Assembly: GCA_021779915.1 (NCBI GenBank)
Contig: JAJXZR010000015.1
Coordinates: 4,521 to 68,520, forward strand
Direction: 5' to 3'
DNA: 64,000 nucleotides
Source: a bacterium
GTDB taxonomy: Bacteria; Patescibacteriota; Minisyncoccia; CAIUEV01
Of this stretch, positions 56,066 through 64,000 are shown piece by piece. The stretch's first letter is position 1, and every line of letters begins with the position of its first letter. A model generated the notes under the pieces. It did no database searches and was not told the DNA's origin. It saw only the letters and a program-made list of their open reading frames with translations. The position numbers were made by a program, and so were the translations under genes.

Positions 56066-56195
56066 TGTGATCTGAAAATTAGTTAAATACACACGCCTTT
56101 ATGCAAAAAGTTCGACTAAGCTACTATTGCATATTCGTTGTGGTAGGTTATTTATATCACTTGTATATCAAATGTCAACCTTTTTCGAGAGAAAA

Positions 56196-56447
56196 CTACG
56201 CTTTTTGCTCCAATTCTTCCTTCATCTTTTTAAATTCTTCCTTTGTTATTTCTCCCTTGGCATACCTGACTTTAACGATGTCCAGAGGATTTTCACTCTT
56301 TTCGTTTTCTCTGCTTTTACCACAACAACCATACCCCTTGCCATCAAGGAACATGATCACGAGCCAAGCTAAAACTCCAAAAATTATCAACACAAAAATC
56401 CAACCTAAGCCGAAAAATCCCATACCCATGTGATGAAATCCAAACAT
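56196..56447 (-). CDS. SHOCT-domain membrane protein
   Basis: [12 protein letters not shown]. Confidence 0.85.
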   Translation of the reverse strand: MFGFHHMGMGFFGLGWIFVLIIFGVLAWLVIMFLDGKGYGCCGKSRENEKSENPLDIVKVRYAKGEITKEEFKKMKEELEQKA

Positions 56448-56571
56448 AGTTTTAATTTATTGATTAGTGTCTTTAATACGTAAAATATTCGTTTTGTTTC
56501 AAATTTTAAAATATGCTGATATCATAATTTCAATAGATTTTCTCTTAACCCATAAAAAATACAAAAACACA

Positions 56572-56967
56572 ATGAGTAAAAATGACCATCGGGGTTTTAC
56601 CCTTATAGAGCTTCTAGTGGTAGTAGCGATAATTGGAGTTTTGGCCAGTATTGTTATGGTCAGCCTCAATAGCGCCAGAAATAAAGGCAAAAATGCATCC
56701 ATCAAATCTCAAATGGCGGAACTTCGAGCCGCTGCAGAACTCTATAACGACGATATGGCCAGTTATACCGGATGGTGTTCTGATTCGCAAAACACCAGAA
56801 TTTCAGGAGGAGCCGTCAGTGCCGGAGGAACGGCATATGCTTGCAACGATTCCGCCTCAGCCTGGGCCGCCGGAATCACTATGGTGGATGGGACTTTTTG
56901 GTGTGTCGATTCAAACGGAACCTCAAAAGCCGCCCACAAAGTAGCCGGAGCAACCAGTTGCCCATAA
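56572..56967 (+). CDS. Type IV pilin-like protein
   Basis: G/FTLIELLVVVAIIGVLA prepilin cleavage motif; C-terminal WCVDS..C. Confidence 0.92.
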   Translation: MSKNDHRGFTLIELLVVVAIIGVLASIVMVSLNSARNKGKNASIKSQMAELRAAAELYNDDMASYTGWCSDSQNTRISGGAVSAGGTAYACNDSASAWAAGITMVDGTFWCVDSNGTSKAAHKVAGATSCP

Positions 56968-57037
56968 AAGGTCTTTTTAATTCTCCTCTTACTAATACCA
57001 ACTAGCTTGTGTACCAATAAACAAGAGATGGTTTTGG

Positions 57038-57147
57038 TAATTAAAAATTATAAGTTATAAATTCAAAAGAACAGTTCAAAATTCAAAGTTATTAAATTTT
57101 GAACTTATAATTTTTCTTTTGAATTTATAACTTATAATTTTTAATTA
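57038..57147. repeat. Periodic AT-rich hairpin (ATTATAAG/TTCAAAA units)
   Basis: TAATTAAAAATTATAAGTTATAAATTCAAAAG ... CTTTTGAATTTATAACTTATAATTTTTAATTA. Confidence 0.8.
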
Positions 57148-57158
57148 CCCCTTTCTTC

Positions 57159-59333
57159 GTGCTCACTCTCCTAAAAACCTACTTCGGTTTTGATAATTTT
57201 CGTCCACTCCAGGAAGAAATCATTGATAACATTCTAAAACAAAAAGATACATTAGTGCTTATGCCTACTGGGGGAGGGAAGTCGCTTTGTTATCAACTAC
57301 CGGCTCTTAAATTAAATGGCTTGACCTTGGTTATTTCTCCTCTCATTTCTTTGATGAAGGATCAAGTTGACAGTCTTAAGACCAACGGCATAAGTGCCGA
57401 ATTTATAAACAGTTCTCTCGCTCTTCCTGAAATAAGAGATATCGAGAAAAAATCTCTTGAAGGAAAAATTAAAATACTCTACCTGGCACCCGAGCGCCTG
57501 GCTTCGAGCGGTTTTCAAACATTTCTTAAAAAACTGAATGTTGGTCTTATTGCAATTGACGAGGCTCACTGCATCAGTGAATGGGGTCACGACTTCCGTC
57601 CGGACTATCGCAACTTGAAGGCCATTCGCCAAAGCTTTCCTGCAATCCCCGTTGTAGCCTTAACAGCAACAGCCACCCCCAAAGTCAGAGAAGATATCAT
57701 CAATCAGCTCGAACTCCAAAAAGCTAAGGTTTTTATTTCTAGTTTCAATAGACCTAACCTCAACTATTTCGTTCGACCCAAAAGAAGAACTTTCGAAAAT
57801 TTGGTTTCAATTTTGCAAAAATATAAAGACCAACCAGTCATCATTTATTGTTTTTCCCGCAAAGAAACGGAAAATATTGCCAGCGACCTTCGAGAAATCG
57901 GATTTGACGCGAGAGCCTATCATGCCGGCCTTCCAAGCGAAAAACGCCAAAAAGTTCAGGAGAAATTCATCCGCGATAAAATCCAAATCATCGTCGCCAC
58001 TATCGCTTTTGGGATGGGGATTGACAAACCGGATGTACGCTTGGTTGTACATTACAGCCTACCTAAAACCATCGAGGGCTACTATCAAGAAACCGGACGC
58101 GCCGGCAGAGACGGACTTTCAAGCGACTGCATCCTTTTCTATTCCTATGGCGACACCGTCAAACATAATTTTTTTATCAATCAAATCCGAGACCACACCG
58201 AAAAATCCAATATCCAAAAAAAACTTCAGCAGATGGTTGATTATTGCGAACAAAAGACCTGCCGAAGAAATTATTTGCTTTCCTATTTCGGGGAAGGAAG
58301 CTTACTGGAAGAAAAATCCAACTGCCAAGGGTGTGACGTCTGTCTCACTCCTCGAGAAGATTTCGACGCCACCGAAATAGCCCAAAAAATTCTTTCCGCC
58401 ATCCTCAAAACTGATGAACGCTTTGGCCTAACCCACATCATCAACGTCCTCAAGGGTTCCCATAACAAGAGAGTGTTGGAGTGGGGTCATGATAAATTGT
58501 CAGTTTATGGAATTTCAAACAAAGTTTCGAGTGATGAATTGAAATATGTTATCGATCTTTTAGTAGGGGAGGGACTGCTTGGAAGAAGCGCTGATTCCTA
58601 CAAGACGCTCTACGTAGCCTCCAAAGGAAGAATATTTCTCAAACAAAAAGAAAAACTGACTCTCAAAAAGCCTCATTTTGAAGATGAAATCACGACAGAA
58701 GTCAAAAAGAAGGGGGCTCTCGATTATGATGAAGTTTTGTTTGCAAAGCTGCGATCGCTTCGCCGAGAACTGGCCGACGACCTTCGTGTCCCGCCGTTTA
58801 TGGTCTTTGGTGACACCGCTCTCCAGCAAATGTCCTTTTATTTCCCTCAAAGCACAGATTCTTTCCGCAGAATAAGCGGGGTAGGGGAAGGCAAATTGGA
58901 ACGTTTTGGAAAGGTATTTATCGATTTAATTTCAAGTTATGCTAAAGAAAACAATCTAGAAGAAAAAATTATTGCTGCGCCAAGAACTTTTGAAAAGAAA
59001 ATTAAACCTGCCAATGGAAGATCCCTAAAAAGGAGAGGTTCTACTTATTCAATTACTAGGGAATTATTACTTCAGAAAAAAACAATCGAAGAAATAGCTA
59101 ATTTGCGCCAAATTGCTCCTGGAACAGTCATCAACCACATAGAAAAATTCTTCAATAGTGGCGAAACACTCAATCTTTCCCACATCGCGCTCCCTCCCGA
59201 TAGATTGGAAAAAATTCAAGAAGCCTTCCAAAAAACCAATCAATGGAACCTCTGGCCGGTCAAAAACCTTCTGGGAGAAGAATTTTCCTACGACGAAATC
59301 CGCCTGGCCAGGATTTTTCTGACTCAAAAATGA
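57159..59333 (+). CDS. recQ: RecQ DNA helicase
   Basis: MPTGGGKSLCYQ, DEAHCISEWGHDFR, QETGRAGRDG, Zn/RQC, HRDC and C-terminal HTH. Confidence 0.97.
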   Translation: MLTLLKTYFGFDNFRPLQEEIIDNILKQKDTLVLMPTGGGKSLCYQLPALKLNGLTLVISPLISLMKDQVDSLKTNGISAEFINSSLALPEIRDIEKKSLEGKIKILYLAPERLASSGFQTFLKKLNVGLIAIDEAHCISEWGHDFRPDYRNLKAIRQSFPAIPVVALTATATPKVREDIINQLELQKAKVFISSFNRPNLNYFVRPKRRTFENLVSILQKYKDQPVIIYCFSRKETENIASDLREIGFDARAYHAGLPSEKRQKVQEKFIRDKIQIIVATIAFGMGIDKPDVRLVVHYSLPKTIEGYYQETGRAGRDGLSSDCILFYSYGDTVKHNFFINQIRDHTEKSNIQKKLQQMVDYCEQKTCRRNYLLSYFGEGSLLEEKSNCQGCDVCLTPREDFDATEIAQKILSAILKTDERFGLTHIINVLKGSHNKRVLEWGHDKLSVYGISNKVSSDELKYVIDLLVGEGLLGRSADSYKTLYVASKGRIFLKQKEKLTLKKPHFEDEITTEVKKKGALDYDEVLFAKLRSLRRELADDLRVPPFMVFGDTALQQMSFYFPQSTDSFRRISGVGEGKLERFGKVFIDLISSYAKENNLEEKIIAAPRTFEKKIKPANGRSLKRRGSTYSITRELLLQKKTIEEIANLRQIAPGTVINHIEKFFNSGETLNLSHIALPPDRLEKIQEAFQKTNQWNLWPVKNLLGEEFSYDEIRLARIFLTQK

Positions 59334-59488
59334 TATTGTGCGACAACTACATTGCTCATTTCGTAACTTTCTAAAATTTCAAAACTTTCCCACTTTCTAA
59401 ACTCTGTTTATTGACGCCCAACTTATTTGCTATTATAAAATAGTAACTATTTTCTTTTTAAGAACCTTTAAAAATCAGGAGGTGAAAA

Positions 59489-59806
59489 TTGGCGAAACAA
59501 AAAATCTATTGGTTTGTTCAACCACTTGATGTTTGGACAAATCGAGTAATTGCAGATGAAATGGCTCTGGCTTCCTCCATTGTAATCGAACAACACGGGA
59601 TACTCCTGGAAAACAATGGGATTTTATTTAAGGAAAATGCCTGGGAAGTGGAGCATTTGCTTATTACCAAGCTTTATCACAACAAAAGCGCCCTGAACTT
59701 AAATTTTAGGGTTTACAACCGACAAGGAAGAAATGGACCAGCTAGGTTGTGGAAGTTTGAAGATCCTGTTTACAAAAAACCTAGACGCCCCAAGAAGAAA
59801 AAATAA
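59489..59806 (+). CDS. Hypothetical protein
   Basis: AGGAGGTG SD before the TTG start; downstream hairpin. Confidence 0.6.
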   Translation: MAKQKIYWFVQPLDVWTNRVIADEMALASSIVIEQHGILLENNGILFKENAWEVEHLLITKLYHNKSALNLNFRVYNRQGRNGPARLWKFEDPVYKKPRRPKKKK

Positions 59807-59856
59807 CCCAGTAAAGGTCGGAAAATTCCGGCCTTTTTTTATTTCAAATTTCGTTA

Positions 59857-60204
59857 CTAAAAATATTCCTTGCAGCACTCTGGATCTTTTTCCAAGCAAT
59901 CGCAATCATTCAAATAGAGTTCATAAATTCCATTTTCCAAGTTCGCCACTTTTTTCCCGCCACTAACCAACATCGAAGCCACATACCCACTCCGGCTCCC
60001 GCTCCGACAAACCAAAACCACTTTCTTGCTCCAATCAATTTCATCTATCCGAGACCCAATCTGACTTAGAGGAATCAGTTTGGAATTTTTTATTTTAATA
60101 AGGTCATACTCTGCTTTCTCCCTCACATCCACAATTTCCAGATTATCTTTTTCGTCTTCAATCATCTTCTTAAATTCCTTCCCAGAAATGTTTTTAATAT
60201 CCAT
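59857..60204 (-). CDS. Rhodanese-like protein
   Basis: DVRE, CRSGSRS, NLENG. Confidence 0.9.
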   Translation of the reverse strand: MDIKNISGKEFKKMIEDEKDNLEIVDVREKAEYDLIKIKNSKLIPLSQIGSRIDEIDWSKKVVLVCRSGSRSGYVASMLVSGGKKVANLENGIYELYLNDCDCLEKDPECCKEYF

Positions 60205-60251
60205 TCTTGATTCTTAAAATTAATTTTCTAACCGTTATAAATATACCCGTT

Positions 60252-60677
60252 TCATAATCCAAACCCAATTTTATAAATAGTAATCTGAATAAACGTAGCC
60301 AATCCTGCAATAGCTAGGAAAAGAATAGGGAACCAAGCAAACAGAGTAGCAAAATAGAAAAAGCTCACAAAAAAAGCCATCCAAACCCCTGTACACCAAG
60401 GGCAATTCAACAAATGAAAAATCGTCTTCTTCGGACCTCTATGATGATTAGCAAAATATTCCCGAATAAAATCAGTTACAACGTCATAAACAAACAATCG
60501 AATCAATCGAAAAGTGGCAAGAGAAAGCAATACAAAATCAAAAGGACTGATTTTGTGAGGCAATTCACCTTTTGATTGGAGATAAGATAAGGCAAGCACA
60601 ACCAAGAAAACGAAGAAAGCCGAAAAAACAAAATGCCAAAAAGGCTGATCGCTCTTCTTTTTTTCTATTGTTTCCAT
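60252..60677 (-). CDS. DUF1360-family membrane protein
   Basis: LATFRLIRLFVYD, LLNCPWCTGVW. Confidence 0.85.
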   Translation of the reverse strand: METIEKKKSDQPFWHFVFSAFFVFLVVLALSYLQSKGELPHKISPFDFVLLSLATFRLIRLFVYDVVTDFIREYFANHHRGPKKTIFHLLNCPWCTGVWMAFFVSFFYFATLFAWFPILFLAIAGLATFIQITIYKIGFGL

Positions 60678-60869
60678 AAATTCTTTTGAATAATTTATCC
60701 TCTTTATCCCGATTCTATCACAAAATTTCAAATATTCTCAGAAAAAGACAAAAGCAAGCTATAAAGTTGAATAGTTCCTTAAATTTCTTTACATTTATCA
60801 TTTTTTAATTTATTTTAACTTTGTGCTCAAAACAAGAGCTATTTTATTTTATTGTTTAAAATCTACCAT

Positions 60870-60944
60870 TCCAGCGTAGCTCAGTGGTAGAGCAGGTGGC
60901 TGTTAACCACTTGGTCGTAGGTTCGAATCCTGCCGCTGGAGCCA
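60870..60944 (+). tRNA. tRNA-Asn (GTT)
   Basis: Acceptor TCCAGCG/CGCTGGA, D-loop AGTGGTA, anticodon loop CTGTTAA, GTTCGAATC, encoded CCA. Confidence 0.97.
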
Positions 60945-61236
60945 ATTGCCAGTTTTCTGATAATCTGCTATCCCTTGAAAGGGATTTCTCAGCTCATAGA
61001 CTAGATTTTTCCCTTTGAGTTCTAAGTTCTGAAGTATGAACTTCAGTAATTGATTTTTTTCTTCAGGTTCTGAACTTTTGAATAATTCCCAAGCTCTGTT
61101 AGATAGGTCTAACACTCTACTGGCCGTTATATAGAAGTTTGTATCAGCTTTATTGTGGTCTTCGTATTGGATTATCAAATCTTGCTTCTCTGAATCATAT
61201 TCTTTTACTTTTTTGTCATACTCTTCCGCAGTAATT
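60903..61236 (-). pseudogene. 3' remnant of a large serine recombinase/integrase running into tRNA-Asn
   Basis: ITAEEYDKKVKEY...EEKNQLLKFILQNLEL..LVYELRNPF..WLQRQDSN; catalytic N-terminus absent. Confidence 0.7.
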
Positions 61237-61429
61237 CACCTCCAGTAAAATGAACTCGACTGACACCAAGGTCATCTGAAAGAATTTTCATTGCTCCTAT
61301 TAACTGCTTGCCGTCAATATCTTTCGCTTCAGCATCACCTTCTTGATGACAAAATTTACATCTATATTGACAAGCACTATTCAACTTTACTCTTATAGTT
61401 CTAGGAAGAGTAAACTTTATTTTGATCAT
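61237..61429 (-). pseudogene. Truncated radical SAM (MoaA-like) gene, 5' part only
   Basis: CQYRCKFC and VHFTGGE, then joined to the integrase remnant. Confidence 0.75.
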
Positions 61430-61433
61430 GATT

Positions 61434-61964
61434 TTAGCTTAATTTGTTCATTAATAAATCTGGATAGCCTAGGCCAGCGACAATATTTTCTTTATTTAAT
61501 CCTAGATTTTTGATAAGCTCATCAAAGAAGAGGCTAATGTCTTCAGCTGATCCTCCAATGTATTCTAACTCAATAAATGCCCCTAGGTTTTCAACTTTAT
61601 CAAGAGTAATTTCAAAAAGATTATTTTTAAAAACCCTTCTATCCTTTTTTACTATACAATCTAAAGTAAAATCTAGTTTGTTTAGGATCTCAACAAAATT
61701 GGTATATCCGCTAATTTTAACTTCTACTTCTTTGGTTTGTAAATCATCTATCACCTCATGATAAGCAAAATTACAATTGTCATCGCTTTGTTTTCTTAAA
61801 CGAAGGTAGTACTTTTTTGTGCCAGCAAATTTTTTATGAGCAGGAGAAAAATAAAGATCTTCTTGATTTATTTCCTTTTCAAAAACGAAATCGATACTCA
61901 GAATCTTACTTTCTAGCTCAGAAACATCTTCCACTTTAAACTTCATTTCACTTTCAATATTCAT
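61434..61964 (-). CDS. CYTH-domain protein (class IV adenylate cyclase/triphosphatase family)
   Basis: ESEMKF, QEDLYF, LRLRK, VKKDR, LDKVENLGAFIELE. Confidence 0.88.
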   Translation of the reverse strand: MNIESEMKFKVEDVSELESKILSIDFVFEKEINQEDLYFSPAHKKFAGTKKYYLRLRKQSDDNCNFAYHEVIDDLQTKEVEVKISGYTNFVEILNKLDFTLDCIVKKDRRVFKNNLFEITLDKVENLGAFIELEYIGGSAEDISLFFDELIKNLGLNKENIVAGLGYPDLLMNKLS

Positions 61965-62655
61965 GTTTTTTTATTAGCAATTATATAATAGTAAGTCCCT
62001 TTGAAGGTATCGAATTCTTCCCCAAAAACTTTTTTTAGTGATCCATCATGAAACAATTCGAGACTATCTTTCAAAGAATAAAAATTATGCTCTCCCTCAT
62101 TGAAACAAGCTTTATGTAAAAAGTGCCACAAAGAACTAATCATACTTTTATTATTAGAAAAATCCATCAGAAGAATACTGCCATTATTTTTTATTATTCG
62201 CATCATCTCCTTAATAAAAAGCTTTCTTTTAATTCTAACCGAATCCATACTTTCATCATCAATGTGATGCAAAACCCCCTTACTCAAAACTAAGTCGAAA
62301 AGTTCTTCTTTGTAAGGTAGGTTTAGAGCATCAGAACAGGTTGTTTTTATATCTGGATAATTTTTGTTTATAAATAAAATTTTTTCTGGATTAACTTCGC
62401 AAATGTGATATTCTATTTGTTTTTTTGTTCTTTAGGAATGAATTTGTAAATCGGTAATGTTCCACTTCCTATTTCTAAAATTTTTATAGGCTTTTTTTGC
62501 TTTAGATAATCAATTATTATCGGTATTCTGTTGTCAGTATTATTAACGGTTCTTTTATAAAGTTTTTCTATAAACAAGAAAAACTTGTATTTTATCGGTG
62601 AAAAATAACTTCTATATTCCGACTCTTTTTTTGATTCGTAGATACTTTTTGGCAT
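61961..62655 (-). pseudogene. Class I SAM-dependent methyltransferase split by a frameshift in an A7 run
   Basis: ILEIGSG in 62413-62655; DALNLPY..FDLV..GVLHH in the other frame; adding one A at 62420-62426 joins them. Confidence 0.8.
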
Positions 62656-62809
62656 AGATTTGGGTTATTCTTTTTATACAATGTTCTCCTATTTATTTTG
62701 AAAAATCAATTTAAATATTTGCATAGACTACTATTAAAAAATTACTAGACTCTGCCTCAAGTTCTTTTAACTCCAAGTTCCTAAACGTATCCACTAGCTG
62801 GAGCCAATA

Positions 62810-62840
62810 CTAAAAACCCTCATTAAAAGAGGGTTTTTAG
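62810..62840. terminator. Intrinsic terminator, probably the original tRNA terminator
   Basis: CTAAAAACCCTC-N7-GAGGGTTTTTAG directly after the att copy. Confidence 0.75.
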
Positions 62841-62903
62841 ATTTCTTATGACGTGGACGTTAGAAATTCTTGGATAAATATAAGACAACTATCGCCATAA
62901 TGC

Positions 62904-64000
62904 TTACCTGCAGTTTCCTCCCGGCGCAAAAACATCATCTTCGCATAAGCAACCTTCCCCTGTTGTACCACCTAGATCTACCCATTTGCCTCCTGATTGA
63001 GAACATTTTTCTTTTCTAAAAGGAATTGAATCCCATTTCATTCCGGGAACACATTTAAAAGCAAACCGATCCATACAAGTTCCTTCTGGACAATCACAAA
63101 AGAATTTAGATTCATTAAGACAACGATTACTATCGGTATCATATAATCTAATTTCGTCTTTTTTGTCGCAATAAAACATGTTATATGCTTCGGCTTTGCA
63201 AAATTCCGGTATTGGCTTCCATATACCTCCTCCCGATTGCTCACATTTTGCTTCACTCTCACTTGCTTTACATTTATTCTCTTTATAATCGAAGAATCCA
63301 TTTTTAGCACAATAGCAACCTGTTTTCGGATTCCAAACACCGCCGATTTTTCTGCAAAAATCTCTCGCTGAGTAATCTTCTTTAACACATTTTCCTTCTT
63401 GATTAATACATTGACTTCCAGGGCACTGACAACTGTAAAAATAATCTCTTATTAGGCCTATGCATCCCTTTTTATCACAATTTTCTTGATGGTAAACTGT
63501 TTTCTTTTCAGTCTCGCAGAGATTACTTGAAGGAATTTGTCTCTTCTGGTCTTCCTCATAGGAAAGAGATTGCTTATGCTCAAACCATTGTCCCCCGCTT
63601 GATTTACAGCTGAGTTTTACTGTTTCAAGGCTGAAGCATAAATCATTAGGTAGACCAATCATACTCCCTACATTAATCAAACCTTTCTCGCAAGGGACTG
63701 CTTTCCCCGTTGGTGTTGGAGAAAGTGTAGGATAGCAAAATTCTCCCTTATCGGTGTATCCATCTGGGCAGATGCAGTTGCTGTATTGACCATGAGAATC
63801 ACTTTATTTGACTCGATTCCCACCGGATAATTTACAAGTATCTCTATCGCCTTGGTTCGTGTTGTAGCAAATTTTGGGAAAGAAACTTTTCTCATCCAAA
63901 GGCTTATTTATTTCTGAATCATCAGCACATTTACAGAAAGAATACCTATAATCAGACGTATCATTTATCCAATCTCCTCCTGAATTGATGCAGTTGGTGG
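62904..64000 (-). pseudogene. Cys-rich repeat (C-x2-SGG-x-W) surface protein, 5' end outside the window, with an in-frame TAA at 63804-63806
   Basis: One frame reads CINSGGDW...CKLSGGNRVK*SDSHGQYSNCICPDG... into ORF 62904-63680. Confidence 0.65.

Larger units (their letters stand above)
60935..62808. mobile_element. Decayed integrative element in the 3' end of tRNA-Asn
   Basis: 12-bp direct repeat GCTGGAGCCAAT at 60935-60946 and 62797-62808; terminator follows the distal copy. Confidence 0.8.

Noticed and set aside
61205-61429. 74-aa ORF as a complete small Fe-S protein
   Set aside because: It is the 5' fragment of a radical SAM gene with an out-of-frame tail from the integrase remnant
63677-63895. 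72-aa ORF MRKVSFPK
   Set aside because: Off-frame shadow; the Cys-rich repeat frame is the credible coding frame
1-64000. Alternative genetic code 25 (TGA = Gly)
   Set aside because: Conserved genes such as recQ, the zincin and the DGR target end at TGA at their expected C-termini, and long genes are intact under code 11

Overview
Low-GC bacterial chromosome segment, standard genetic code. Gene content (group 3b-type NiFe hydrogenase, pilin fusions, DUF5666 proteins, Cys-rich surface proteins) suggests a Patescibacteria/CPR genome (inference). Main elements: (1) a complete diversity-generating retroelement on the minus strand (target 27046-29250 with VR 27046-27229, avd 26582-26926, TR 26143-26326, RT 24718-25932). 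Its TR/VR pair has 9 adenine-specific missense changes plus an unexpected 9 non-adenine differences. It is partitioned by 7-mer-repeat hairpins, bracketed by 43-bp direct repeats and followed by a Phd/RelE toxin-antitoxin pair. (2) An Alw26I/Eco31I/Esp3I-family type IIS restriction-modification locus next to a LexA-like gene. (3) A dense, nested set of non-coding palindromic elements: about 13 GTGTCAT..ATCCAG REP-doublet elements with interchangeable hairpins, periodic-repeat hairpins, and long inverted repeats sharing one core but with unrelated arms. (4) tRNA-Asn carrying a decayed 1.9-kb integrated element whose att site lies inside the integrase C-terminus. The rest is transport (ABC-2, MacAB-like, EmrAB-like, NRAMP), two-component/ECF/MarR regulation, envelope enzymes, RecQ and a DEAD-box helicase. 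All calls come from motif reading and manual alignment only; no database search was run.
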